IMG/VR virus record: IMGVR_UViG_3300029959_000009
Span: 6,699 to 70,698 of that record
Origin: a virus
Lineage: Duplodnaviria > Caudoviricetes
Reading direction: 5' to 3' (one strand)
DNA length: 64,000 nt
Numbering within the stretch: the stretch's first letter is position 1; the number at the start of each line of letters is the position of its first letter. Below, one piece after another: positions 19,375-28,881 of this stretch. A program made the position numbers and the translations under genes. The notes below the pieces were generated by a model that searched no databases, had not been told where the DNA came from, and saw only the letters and a program-made list of their open reading frames with translations.

Positions 19375-19673
19375 TCGCTGGCCTCCTTGCCCTTCTCTAT
19401 CAGCTTCTTTGTCTTCTCCCCTCCCTTTTTACCGGCCTCGGCGACGGTCCTGCACTCTTCGCAGCACTCGTCCTCTTTGGCCTTCTCTGCAGCCTCCTTG
19501 GCCAGTGCCTCCTTGCCCTTCCTGATCAGCTCCCCGACCTTGCCGCCGCCCTTCGCCCCAATATTCACATAATATTCGTGCCCGTGGCGCTCGGAGGTCT
19601 GAAGACCTCCGCGTCTTCCTGCTTCTGCTACTGTCATTCCGCCTTTCTTTTCGGTTTCCTTCTTTCCTGTCAT
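19371..19673 (-). CDS. KGG-motif (general stress/Em-like) protein
   Basis: MTVAEAGRRGG...HGHEYYVNIGAKGG...AEAGKKGGEKT. Confidence 0.7.
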   Translation of the reverse strand: MTGKKETEKKGGMTVAEAGRRGGLQTSERHGHEYYVNIGAKGGGKVGELIRKGKEALAKEAAEKAKEDECCEECRTVAEAGKKGGEKTKKLIEKGKEASE

Positions 19674-19700
19674 TTTAGCTCACCACTTTATTAATTATGA

Positions 19701-20438
19701 TTACGATTCCTGTTCAATCCGAGGAGCAAGTAAATACTCCACCAGCACGCCCTTCGCAATCTCGATCACAAGCCTCATCGGATAGTTGTTCCCAATCTCC
19801 AGATGGACGCTCGGAGCCTTCCCGGCCGCCTTCGCCATATCCTCTAAATAGTCCAGGGAGAACAAAGAATGCGCCTGCCCGTGCCTGCCGCCGAGCATCA
19901 GCGACAGCTCGCGCTCGAACCGCACCGAGTCTATGTCGCCCTTTGCGCCCGCTATGAACTTCGCGTCGTCCATGCCGAAGGCGATGTGGTCGCTGACCTT
20001 CTTGGCCGCCTTGATGATGTGCTTGAACTCGAATCCTGCCATATCCACCCAGACGGGCAGATCAACCTCAGGAACGACAGGCGGCTTGCGAAGTGCCGTT
20101 ATGTCGATCAGCGAGAGCTTATACGACAGCCCGCCCATGCCGACCAGGAGCTTCATGTTCTCCTCGTCGAGCTGCAGGGCGACCGCCTCATCGTCCTTCG
20201 CCATCGCCAGGGCATCCTCCAGCCGCACGAGATCCACCCCGATAGAGCCGGGGGTAGTCTTGAAGAACTCGAACGACGACGCGGCCATCTTCAAACAGAC
20301 CATGCAGATGTTCGCCGCGTCTACGGACTTGACCTCAAGACCCGTATCAGAGACCTCGATTTTACACTCCTCGACGAGGCTCGATATGGACTCAATGGCG
20401 TTCTTGAGGATCTTTGCGTTAATGACCACCTTAAACAT
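19701..20438 (-). CDS. pcn: DNA polymerase sliding clamp PCNA
   Basis: 245 aa; VDAANICMV, IGVDL..L, FSLDYL and YLLAPRIE motifs. Confidence 0.95.
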   Translation of the reverse strand: MFKVVINAKILKNAIESISSLVEECKIEVSDTGLEVKSVDAANICMVCLKMAASSFEFFKTTPGSIGVDLVRLEDALAMAKDDEAVALQLDEENMKLLVGMGGLSYKLSLIDITALRKPPVVPEVDLPVWVDMAGFEFKHIIKAAKKVSDHIAFGMDDAKFIAGAKGDIDSVRFERELSLMLGGRHGQAHSLFSLDYLEDMAKAAGKAPSVHLEIGNNYPMRLVIEIAKGVLVEYLLAPRIEQES

Positions 20439-20577
20439 GCTTTTTGGCCCCCCGGTGCTGGCGCTTCTTCGGTGCGTCCAATCGTCTCTTGCACCTTGGG
20501 CAACTCTTCGGCTTGCTCACGCGCGGTTCCCAATGGTAATTACAATATGGGCATTGCCTATCCCTGGTCAACGGCAT
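20431..20577 (-). CDS. Zn-ribbon microprotein (48 aa)
   Basis: CPYCNYHWEPRVSKPKSCPRCK; overlaps the PCNA start. Confidence 0.6.
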   Translation of the reverse strand: MPLTRDRQCPYCNYHWEPRVSKPKSCPRCKRRLDAPKKRQHRGAKKHV

Positions 20578-21083
20578 GTAGACCACCGGCTAAAAGCGCT
20601 GCTTACTATCGCTAGAATAGCTTTCATCTGTCTGGCTCACCGAGCAAGCTATAGGGTGTCATGCTATATATACTTAATGACAAAAGGTACGGAGAAAAGG
20701 TTAGAGGAAAAGAGGGGCGGGCGGGCTACTTGATGGAGCCGTACCAACCCACGAGCAGGCCCGCCAAGGTGCATCCCGCGATCAGGTAGATATAGAACCA
20801 AAATCCACGGTCAATGCAGTAGTCTAGGAACGACATGCACCGCTCGCCTCCTGCGAGTTAAAGAACCTCTTCGACCTCCCGCACCTTTTTAGAAGATATG
20901 ACGCGATCCGGCCATGACATCGCTCGCTATACGCAGAGCGATGGGTTCCGTCTCGGCGGCACTCGAACTCATAATACGAATCAGGATCTTTTAGGTAAAA
21001 ATGAGAACATGTCGCGCAATCCATGAACGCTGAGTAAAACTCGGCCCTAAGCGAGTCGATGTAAGCCACTAAAATTTTATCGC

Positions 21084-21605
21084 TCATTTTAACCCCTCAA
21101 CCTCCCTGCATATCTCTGGGTACTTCTTCCGCACCGCCCCCTCCATCATCTCTCGGATGTCCTCGCTCATTTTATAGCGGGGCGTCGTGAGGTCCAGGTA
21201 GTTCAGCACGCTTCGCACCAGGGGCGAGTACACCGTCGCCTTCGGGTATCGTCTGGCCTCTGCAACGGCCTGCGCGAGCAAGGCGGAGTCTATAGGCCGC
21301 TCTCTGGACTCTGCCCTATGGTCTCTGGGGTCGGAGCTGGGCATCTGCTGTATGAACTCGTCTGCTGTCTGCTCTCCGCCTTCTGCGGTCGGCGGGGCGC
21401 CCTCTGCTTTCTGCTCTGCGGCCTCTGCATCGATGCGCTTGATGTTCCACCTCACGGTCGAGTGGGGATACTTGAGTTCTTTTGCTATTGCTCGCTCAGA
21501 CGGCCGAGGGGTCTGCGACATCAGCGAGCGGAGGTGCGCGAGGGCCTCCTCGTTCTCGGCCAGCTTGGGGCGGTCGATGGCGGCCTTCATAGGATTGCCC
21601 TCCAT
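21084..21605 (-). CDS. HTH DNA-binding protein
   Basis: PSERAIAKELKYPHSTVRWNIKR. Confidence 0.6.
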   Translation of the reverse strand: MEGNPMKAAIDRPKLAENEEALAHLRSLMSQTPRPSERAIAKELKYPHSTVRWNIKRIDAEAAEQKAEGAPPTAEGGEQTADEFIQQMPSSDPRDHRAESRERPIDSALLAQAVAEARRYPKATVYSPLVRSVLNYLDLTTPRYKMSEDIREMMEGAVRKKYPEICREVEGLK

Positions 21606-22096
21606 GGTTGGGCCTCCCGATTCTTCGCCGCTTCAGCCAACTCTCGGCATATATGCCCTTTCAAATCTGGTACTATGTTCATGTTTTCTATGTGGTCATG
21701 GAGAACATGAGAAACGGCGGCCTGGAGCGCGGCGTTCTCAGCCCGCAACTCCTCGCACTTATATCCGGATTCTTCGGATATCTTCAGGATTTCCTGCAGG
21801 GCGGCATCTTTCTTTGCGAGCGTTTGGCGGGCAGCTTCCAGCTCGACCATCAATTCGGGCAGCTTGTTAATCGCTTCGACTATAAGATCGGCGTCCTCTT
21901 TGGATGTGTAGAAAAGGGTGTCAGTTAGCGTAAATTTGGGTGATACGCAAACTGCAGTCAGTCCTATCAATCGAATCGAATACCAGGGCCGAGGGGCAGC
22001 CCCCCTCATCAATTCTTTTAGTCCATCCAGATCCATGGGCTTTTTGGTCGGCCTGTCGTGCTCGCCTGGGTTGGGCGGCAGTGTTGCCTCTTTCAC
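21587..22096 (-). CDS. Ead/Ea22-like hypothetical phage protein
   Basis: LKELMRGAAPRPW...DADLIVEAINKLPELMVELEAAR pattern. Confidence 0.5.
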   Translation of the reverse strand: MKEATLPPNPGEHDRPTKKPMDLDGLKELMRGAAPRPWYSIRLIGLTAVCVSPKFTLTDTLFYTSKEDADLIVEAINKLPELMVELEAARQTLAKKDAALQEILKISEESGYKCEELRAENAALQAAVSHVLHDHIENMNIVPDLKGHICRELAEAAKNREAQPWRAIL

Positions 22097-22239
22097 GTCT
22101 TCGGCCCCCTCTTCTTAATCCTCAGCTCGAGTATCGCGCCCTTCTCCAGGCGCAGCGTCCTTCGGACGGCCAGCGGGATCGTCACCCTCCCCTGATCATC
22201 CATCTCCACAGTAGCGGGAAATTCTTCCTCTTCCTTCAT
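22093..22239 (-). CDS. AbrB/MazE/SpoVT-family DNA-binding protein (48 aa)
   Basis: VEMDDQGRVTIPLAVRRTLRLEKGAILEL; first gene after the divergent promoter at about 22240-22337. Confidence 0.75.
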   Translation of the reverse strand: MKEEEEFPATVEMDDQGRVTIPLAVRRTLRLEKGAILELRIKKRGPKT

Positions 22240-22337
22240 TACATCCCCCTTGTATCCCCTCTCTATTTATATCTAATCCTGGAAGAGGGGGATAAGCTTA
22301 AGTAGCCAGCGGGCATAATGAGGATTGGTGAGTCGAA

Positions 22338-22802
22338 ATGAACAAGATCAAGCTATTTTACTTAGGAGTCCGTCTCCCCCAACAGCCCGAAGAGGCCCGC
22401 ATGGCCGCCCTCCAGTTCTCCGACGAGCGTTGGGGCCTGGCTAAATGCGATTGGCACAGATACCCCGCAGTGGATGCGAAGCGCTACCCGACCATGGACG
22501 AACTCGTAAAGGCTTGCTACCCCAACGCGCTACAGCATCGCCGCCTCGTGGAGGAGATGGACGGCATGACGGTAGGCGACGGCCTGAAGCTAAGTCACCT
22601 CCTCAGGCGCGCCCTTGCAGCCGCCGAGCTGCCTGTCGATAAGGTGCGCTCGACCGACATGCCGCTCTATACGCGCGACTTCGATATCGTGCTGGATGCC
22701 AAGAGGCTGACGATTGGCAAGGATGCTGCTATCGAGAAGGCGAAGGGCATAGCGAAAAAGATGCTGCCGGGGCACGCGAGCTTCTCAGTTTATGCTTATT
22801 GA
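22338..22802 (+). CDS. Hypothetical protein
   Basis: GGTGAG RBS; first gene of the rightward operon. Confidence 0.6.
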   Translation: MNKIKLFYLGVRLPQQPEEARMAALQFSDERWGLAKCDWHRYPAVDAKRYPTMDELVKACYPNALQHRRLVEEMDGMTVGDGLKLSHLLRRALAAAELPVDKVRSTDMPLYTRDFDIVLDAKRLTIGKDAAIEKAKGIAKKMLPGHASFSVYAY

Positions 22803-22808
22803 GGTGCT

Positions 22809-23147
22809 ATGCCCCTCAAATGTTATTTTATCCCCGACCCATCCGAAGACGATGGATCCGGCATTGCTGTAATTGCCAGCATCTCGAACGAGGCTAAGAA
22901 GATCGGCTACAAAGAATATGGGGCCGATTGGATCGATATTAAGCCGAAATGGCAGCGAGACGTGAATACAGAAGGCCTCAAGCCAGGCATCTTAGGCGAA
23001 GAGGAGGGGTCGAGGCGGCGTGCCTATTCCTGGATCGAGGGCACATGCCCTAAATGTGGAAATGTAGATCGCCTAGAGTTCACAGATGGTCTAATCGCCT
23101 GCGCCGACTGCCGCGACGCGCGGGAATGTCGAGAAGAGGGGGCCTGA
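22809..23147 (+). CDS. Hypothetical protein with C-terminal Zn ribbon
   Basis: GAGGTG RBS; CPKCG...CADC. Confidence 0.6.
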   Translation: MPLKCYFIPDPSEDDGSGIAVIASISNEAKKIGYKEYGADWIDIKPKWQRDVNTEGLKPGILGEEEGSRRRAYSWIEGTCPKCGNVDRLEFTDGLIACADCRDARECREEGA

Positions 23148-23301
23148 GTATGCCCCTCAAACCCCCTCCGCCCCAAATCCCGGAGTGCTTGGCCTATTCA
23201 ATCTGCCACAAGTCGAAAAAGGATAACTGCGGCAAGTGCGCCGATGGCAGCGAGGAGGGGTGGCGGGAGACGGTGAGGGTGAAGATGCGGGAGGGTAAGA
23301 G

Positions 23302-23601
23302 TTGAACTTTCCCAACCGGGTTAAGAAACGGCTCGGCCGCGCCCCTCCGAAGAAGCTTTTGGAGATCCAAATAGAGACGAAATGGAGTCTTGAGATCATC
23401 CGGGATGGCGCTAAAGGCGTGATTGAATCGTCCGATATCAAAACAGACGATTTCGAGACGGCTGATATAATCCTTCATAGTAAACAGGATGATACCAAAG
23501 TCTATTTCATCCTCCGAAACTGCGCCGTCGAACAAGGCCTCTTCGACCTTCGATTCTCCACAAAAGAGAGGCCCATCTACAATGAGGAGGTAGAGCCGTG
23601 A
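23302..23601 (+). CDS. Hypothetical protein
   Basis: Operon packing. Confidence 0.5.
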   Translation: MNFPNRVKKRLGRAPPKKLLEIQIETKWSLEIIRDGAKGVIESSDIKTDDFETADIILHSKQDDTKVYFILRNCAVEQGLFDLRFSTKERPIYNEEVEP

Positions 23602-23632
23602 TCGGGGTCGTTCCACGTCCGGGGCGTATTGC

Positions 23633-24115
23633 ATGAATGTTCGACGTCTCGCGTCAGGCGGTGGTGTGATTTTTTACGTAACTTCTGCGGCGAACCCGGC
23701 CGTAGAGTACCGCGTCGTCTACAACCCCATCACGCGGCGCTGGCACTGCTCCTGTCTTCATTGGGTTAATCGCTGCTCCTTATCAGGCGAGTCCTGCAAG
23801 CACATTCTAGCAGCCCAGGAGCAGCACCCCGCCGCCTTTGTCATCGACCAGCCCGAAGAGAAGACGCAGGGCCGCACGATGCTCGATGCCCTGGAGGGCC
23901 GGGGGCCGAGGGAGATCGACGGCAACGCGGCTGAGAGGATGCTGCGAAACTCCGAGGCCCGGCTGCGGGTGGCCGAGGCGGCCAGGGTGGCGCGCCGGCA
24001 CCAGCTGAAGAAGAGACTCGATGCGGGGTACAAGAAGCTGCGGAGGAGCAGGCCGTGCAAGCTGGAAGGGAGCATAAGGCCGGGCGGGAAGATGAACTTT
24101 AGCGAGGAGCTATGA
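23633..24115 (+). CDS. SWIM zinc-finger protein
   Basis: YRVVY...WHCSCLHW...SCKHILAA. Confidence 0.75.
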   Translation: MNVRRLASGGGVIFYVTSAANPAVEYRVVYNPITRRWHCSCLHWVNRCSLSGESCKHILAAQEQHPAAFVIDQPEEKTQGRTMLDALEGRGPREIDGNAAERMLRNSEARLRVAEAARVARRHQLKKRLDAGYKKLRRSRPCKLEGSIRPGGKMNFSEEL

Positions 24116-25287
24116 TCTACCAAGGCGACTGTCTGGAGGTCCTCAAGACACTGCCGGGTGAGTCGGTGGACTGCTGCGTGACCTCGCCCCCTTATTTCAA
24201 CCTCCGAGACTATCAAGTCGAAGGACAAATAGGCCTCGAAGATAGCCCCGAAGAGTACGTCGAGAAGCTTGTGACCGTCTTTGGAGAGGTGCGAAGAGTC
24301 CTGAAGGATCGCGGGACTTGCTGGATTGTGATAGGCGATTCTTACGCCGCTAAAAGGGGTTATCAGGTTCCAGATAGTAAGTACAAAGACGTTGGAAACA
24401 GTCGAGGCATGAAGGCCAGTGATTACGGCCTGAAGCCCAAAGACCTGATCGGCATCCCCTGGATGGTGGCTTTTGCTCTGAGGGCGGATGGATGGTATCT
24501 CCGAGGAGATTATATTTGGGCAAAACCGGCACCGATGCCAGAAAGCGTAACTGATCGGTGCGTAAAATCCCATGAATATATATTTCACTTCTCAAAGAAG
24601 GCTAAATATTATTTCGACCATATAGCCATCGAAGAGGATTCGGTAAGCGACCATAAATCAGGAAATGGGTTCAAACGCTCAGCTCGAGTATCCTATCAGA
24701 ACCAAGACGGCTCAGCTCGAGGGAATGAGGATCAATGGGGTGAAGTTGGTGGCAAGCGTAATAAGCGGTCGGTGTGGGCGATCAATACTAAACCATTCAA
24801 AGAGGCACACTTCGCAACATTCCCACCAGAAATCCCGGCGATCTGCATTAAGGCCGGGACCTCCGAGAAGGGCGTATGCCCTGCGTGCGGGGCGCCGTGG
24901 GTTAGGCAGCTCGAAAAGAGCCACGTTAAACCCGTAGATTACGCGGGCAAGTCCTCCACGCAAGATAAGCAATTCTCAAGCCGTCGTATCTCCGCAAATA
25001 CGCGGGCCCGGAGGCTTGCAGGCGGCGAGCACGATAACCCCTTTCCGGCCGCCAAAACAATCGGCTGGCGTCCCTCCTGCTCCTGTATCCTAGATTGTGC
25101 TTGGGGCGGCCCGATTCCGGCCACTGTCCTCGATCCCTTCTTCGGAGCTGGAACCACGGGCGTCGTTTCGAGGAAGCTCCTGAGGAACTACATCGGTATC
25201 GAGCTGAACGGAGATTACATCAAGATCGCCAAGACGCGGCTAGCTAAGATCCCCGCCCCCCTGACAATGTTCGCGGGCGGTGATTGA
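24112..25287 (+). CDS. DNA methyltransferase, beta class (N4-cytosine/N6-adenine)
   Basis: VTSPPY catalytic motif before the VLDPFFGAGTTG SAM-binding motif; HFATFP. Confidence 0.92.
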   Translation: MIYQGDCLEVLKTLPGESVDCCVTSPPYFNLRDYQVEGQIGLEDSPEEYVEKLVTVFGEVRRVLKDRGTCWIVIGDSYAAKRGYQVPDSKYKDVGNSRGMKASDYGLKPKDLIGIPWMVAFALRADGWYLRGDYIWAKPAPMPESVTDRCVKSHEYIFHFSKKAKYYFDHIAIEEDSVSDHKSGNGFKRSARVSYQNQDGSARGNEDQWGEVGGKRNKRSVWAINTKPFKEAHFATFPPEIPAICIKAGTSEKGVCPACGAPWVRQLEKSHVKPVDYAGKSSTQDKQFSSRRISANTRARRLAGGEHDNPFPAAKTIGWRPSCSCILDCAWGGPIPATVLDPFFGAGTTGVVSRKLLRNYIGIELNGDYIKIAKTRLAKIPAPLTMFAGGD

Positions 25288-25530
25288 ATGGGCGCCCGTC
25301 TCCACCGCTGCAAAGAAACCCGCGACCTGGACTACAAGATCCGGGACAAGATCCCCGAAGGCGAGTTCCGCACGCGGGACTTCGCAGCCTACGGCCCCGC
25401 TCACCGCCTGGGCGGCATGTTCCGCTCCTGGTGCCTGCGAGGGTGGCTCGTCAAGGTGCGAATAGAGCGCGAAGGTAAGGCAAGCGTCAACGTCTGGCAG
25501 AAGACAAAGAGCTTCGGAAGGAGGGTTTGA
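25288..25530 (+). CDS. Small wHTH-like protein, tandem paralog 1
   Basis: Aligns end to end with 25531-25779. Confidence 0.6.
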   Translation: MGARLHRCKETRDLDYKIRDKIPEGEFRTRDFAAYGPAHRLGGMFRSWCLRGWLVKVRIEREGKASVNVWQKTKSFGRRV

Positions 25531-25779
25531 ATGGTCCACAGATCTCACAATTCCAAAGAGGGCCGGGACATCGACTACCGGCTACGAAAAGAGCTACAGG
25601 ACGGGGAGTTCAGAGCCAAAGACCTGCTAGAGTACGGCTCCGCCAGGGCGATTAGCGGCGTGCTGCGCTCCTGGAAGAACAAAGGCTGGATTCGGAAGGT
25701 CCGAAAGGGGCGGGACGAGGGCGGCTCCCGGTTCCACGTCTGGCAGAAGACCGAGCTGTTCGGGAGGAATGTAGCTTGA
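25531..25779 (+). CDS. Small wHTH-like protein, tandem paralog 2
   Basis: DxDY....GEFR..D....G....G..RSW...GW..KVR...VWQKT..FGR is shared with paralog 1. Confidence 0.6.
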   Translation: MVHRSHNSKEGRDIDYRLRKELQDGEFRAKDLLEYGSARAISGVLRSWKNKGWIRKVRKGRDEGGSRFHVWQKTELFGRNVA

Positions 25780-26198
25780 AATCCAGATCATGCAAGAACA
25801 AAGGATATCGCCTGCAGGTCGAAACGCGAGATAAGATCCTCGCCGCCCTGGGCGTATCCGAGGCCGACGTCCTGAGCCGGTCGATGGGCTCAGCTGGGGC
25901 GGATATATGCCTCTCCCAGGCGGCCAGAGATAAGCTCCCTATCGCGTTCGAGTGCAAATACACGGAACGGCTGGAGGTATGGGATGCTCTCAAGCAGGCC
26001 GAGGCCAACGCGAAAAAGGAGGGGCTCGCGCCCTGCGTAGTCTTCCGCCGCAATCGGTCGGAGACCTACGCGATCCTGCGCTTCGACGACCTGCTGCACC
26101 TTCTGGTATCTGCAAAGCAGAAGGCAGAGGGCGGAGAGCAGAAGGCGGAATCTGGAGAGCAGAGAGCAGAAAGGTTAAATAATAGTAAGGATAACTAG
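25776..26198 (+). CDS. Holliday junction resolvase-like PD-(D/E)XK nuclease (Hjc/D14-like)
   Basis: KGYRLQVETRDK...GADI...FECKY...WDALKQA. Confidence 0.75.
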   Translation: MKSRSCKNKGYRLQVETRDKILAALGVSEADVLSRSMGSAGADICLSQAARDKLPIAFECKYTERLEVWDALKQAEANAKKEGLAPCVVFRRNRSETYAILRFDDLLHLLVSAKQKAEGGEQKAESGEQRAERLNNSKDN

Positions 26199-26533
26199 AT
26201 TATCGGTGAGCTGAGACGGCTGGAAGTTCTCTGAAGACCCCCTTCAGGAATTTGCTACTCCCTTAATTCTAGCCAATCTCTCACTTTTCATGTGGAGCGA
26301 AAGGGGCCGAAGAACAGGAACGGACTTAACTGACTTGGGGCCCTTGTTCCAACAGCATGATAAGAGGGGCGCGGCGTGCCCGCGTCAACTGAATTGACTG
26401 CGATCTAGCTCCTTCCTAATTAACATCTAGCCATTGGTCGGGGAACGTCAGACACTCCCCGACACCCTCCTTTTGCACCTCGACCGCCCACAGACCGATA
26501 ACTTTATATTCGACCACCACCACTACTACTTCT

Positions 26534-26668
26534 ATGGCAAGCACAGACGGACAGAAACTTAAATGTCCTCTTTGCGGCAATGAGTGGAAATACAAAGGCT
26601 GCAAAGTTCTTGCTACCTGCTCAAGTTGTGGACATAAGATAAAAGTTAAAGAGAATAAAATAGATTAG
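26534..26668 (+). CDS. Zn-ribbon microprotein (44 aa)
   Basis: CPLCGNEWKYKG...ATCSSCGHKIKV. Confidence 0.6.
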   Translation: MASTDGQKLKCPLCGNEWKYKGCKVLATCSSCGHKIKVKENKID

Positions 26669-26673
26669 AGGGA

Positions 26674-27069
26674 ATGTATATGAGAATCGCAACAATCAGC
26701 ACAATGCTGGCGCTGGCTTTCGTCATCGCCACGGGCGCGGCCGTCTCCGCAGGCGACTTTGGAAGCGTTGACGCTTTCGCCGACTCCGGGGAGGCTTACC
26801 TCAGCCAGGCCAAGGACGGGCTTGTTATTCAGGTCAACGGCGACGAGGCCATAATCACCAACGTCGGCGGGGATAAGCGCGACGTCGGAGGCCTGCGGAT
26901 CACAGCGGGCGGTGTCGGAATGGCTGACCTGGTGGGGATCACACCCTACACCTGCATACTCTACAGCGGGCAGAGCTGCACCGTGAAGCTCGATAAGCCT
27001 GTGGCGACCGGGGAGAGCGTGAAGCTGACGAACGGCATGGGCATCTATACGCAGGGAACGGCCCGCTAA
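26674..27069 (+). CDS. Secreted or surface protein
   Basis: Hydrophobic signal peptide followed by a beta-rich Ig/pilin-like domain. Confidence 0.6.
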   Translation: MYMRIATISTMLALAFVIATGAAVSAGDFGSVDAFADSGEAYLSQAKDGLVIQVNGDEAIITNVGGDKRDVGGLRITAGGVGMADLVGITPYTCILYSGQSCTVKLDKPVATGESVKLTNGMGIYTQGTAR

Positions 27070-27274
27070 ACACCTTTTTGGGGTGCGATATGGATTTCAA
27101 AGAGTTGCGGATGCGGCGCAAGATTATCTACGTGTCCGAGAAATTAACTCGCAGGAGCGGAGAGGACGGAGCGAGAAGTCCCCGGACTTCAGGCCGTGGG
27201 ATGAAAGCGGAGTCCTCCCTTTTTCTTACATGATCACCGATAACTATTTAAGGCAATAATGGGATACACTTATT

Positions 27275-27694
27275 TTGGTAAAACCTATGAAGTATAAGCT
27301 CGATAGATCTGCTCATTCCGTGTATTCTCTCCATTATCATTTGGTGGTAGTGGTGAAATACCGGAGGAAAGCACTCTATGATGAGGTGATTAGGGAGCGC
27401 CTGAAGCAGATCATATGGAGTTTGACGGATGATCTTGGAATAGAAATACTTGCACAAGAGCCTGCTGAAGATCATCTTCATGTGTTGTTCAAGGCCACGC
27501 CTAAAACCAATCTGGTCAACATTGTGAACGTCATCAAAGGCGTAACTGCTAGAAGGCTTAGACAGGAATTTCCACAGACCAAAGCGTTTCTTTGGGGAGA
27601 TTCTTTCTGGTCCGACTCCTATTTCATAGCCTCAACAGGGCAGGTTAGCATTGATATCCTGATGCAGTATGTAGAATCTCAGATGGAGAAGTAA
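27275..27694 (+). CDS. tnpA: IS200/IS605 Y1 HUH transposase
   Basis: YHLVVVVKYR, DHLHVL (HUH), IKGVTAR, WSDSYF. Confidence 0.95.
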   Translation: MVKPMKYKLDRSAHSVYSLHYHLVVVVKYRRKALYDEVIRERLKQIIWSLTDDLGIEILAQEPAEDHLHVLFKATPKTNLVNIVNVIKGVTARRLRQEFPQTKAFLWGDSFWSDSYFIASTGQVSIDILMQYVESQMEK

Positions 27695-28881
27695 TGACTA
27701 TCAGCTACAAGTATCCGATATTCCCAGATAAAGCGACTCAGCAAAAGTTAGCTGAAGCTCTGGATGCTTGTAGATGGCTTCATAACCGACTTCTTCAAGA
27801 GCTGAACGAAGCTAGGGAGAAAGGTATCAAACTCAAAACCTATGACACCCAGAACATGATACCCTCTCTGAAGCTTGAGAATCCCAAACTGAATCTGGTC
27901 TATTCCAAAGTTCTTCAGATGGTCAACTACACTCTCTGGTCTAACATCAAAGGTCTCTCGGCTTCTAAGAAGAATGGCCGAAAGGTAGGTCATGTCAGAT
28001 TCAAAGGTTATGGCTGGTATAAGACCATGAACTACAACCAGTCTGGATTCAAACTGGATCAAGATCACGGCAGATTGCATCTATCCAAGATAGGCGACAT
28101 CAGGATCAAAATGCATCGCAAGATCCAAGGATGCATCAAAGCAATCCTAATCAAGAGAGAAGGCAGGCAATGGTTTGCTATTGTTCAAGCCGATCAAGAT
28201 CCAGAGCCATTGCCAGAAACTGGTAATTCAATCGGGTTAGATGTCGGCCTGAAGTCCTTTGTTGTAGATACTGGTGGCAATTCTGTAGAGAATCCGAGAT
28301 TTGCTGAGAAATCTGCTGATAAGTTAGCTAAGGCTCAGAAACGATTGGCCAGAGCCGAACAGGGATCTAACAACCGCCGAAAGATCAAAGAGCAGATAGA
28401 GACGATCCATAAGAGGATCAACAACCAGAGAGATGATTTCCTCCATAAACTTTCAAGGCTCTATGTCAATAACTACGATAATATCTGCATAGAAGATCTA
28501 GATGTCAAAGGTCTGAAAGAAAAAGGCCACAACAAAGGAAAGCATCGTAGTATCCATGATGCGTCCTGGGCCAAATTTGCGTTCATGCTTTCGTACAAGG
28601 CTGAAAGTGCTGGTCGAAGGCTGATCAAGGTCGATCCAAGGAACACAACTCAGAGGTGTTCCAATTGTGGAAGTATTGTTCCAAAAGATGAATCTGTCAG
28701 AGTTCATGAGTGTCCTTACTGTGGGTTCTCATGTGACCGTGACTATAACGCTTCCATAAATATACTCATCGCAGGGATGGAACAGCCCGTAGCGCCCATA
28801 GAGTCAAAACCTCTACATCGCATATCTGTGATGCAAGTTTTGGCGATGAAGTGGGAAGCCCTACCCTTTAGGGTAGGGTAG
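27694..28881 (+). CDS. tnpB: RNA-guided endonuclease TnpB
   Basis: RuvC motifs IGLDVG, IEDL and DRDYNAS; CxxC/CPxCG zinc finger. Confidence 0.95.
   Translation: MTISYKYPIFPDKATQQKLAEALDACRWLHNRLLQELNEAREKGIKLKTYDTQNMIPSLKLENPKLNLVYSKVLQMVNYTLWSNIKGLSASKKNGRKVGHVRFKGYGWYKTMNYNQSGFKLDQDHGRLHLSKIGDIRIKMHRKIQGCIKAILIKREGRQWFAIVQADQDPEPLPETGNSIGLDVGLKSFVVDTGGNSVENPRFAEKSADKLAKAQKRLARAEQGSNNRRKIKEQIETIHKRINNQRDDFLHKLSRLYVNNYDNICIEDLDVKGLKEKGHNKGKHRSIHDASWAKFAFMLSYKAESAGRRLIKVDPRNTTQRCSNCGSIVPKDESVRVHECPYCGFSCDRDYNASINILIAGMEQPVAPIESKPLHRISVMQVLAMKWEALPFRVG

Noticed and set aside
20848-20862. 15-nt match to the IS left end plus TTTAA (ctcctgcgagttaaa)
   Set aside because: No hairpin or right end follows, and it lies inside an ORF just before the RBS and start of a 36-aa membrane gene. 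Chance or an ancient footprint; not called.
26103-26180. Recurrent (E)QKAE / GCAGAAGGCAGA motif in several ORFs (about 4960, 14920, 21410, 26120)
   Set aside because: Low-complexity charged linker; I cannot show it exceeds chance.
26215-26470. Short hairpins in the intergenic region after the resolvase
   Set aside because: Stems are only 5-7 bp and no recognisable RNA family emerges; may be a terminator region.
27248-28707. Minus-strand ORFs inside the IS copies (also 37368-38827)
   Set aside because: Antisense shadows of tnpA and tnpB.
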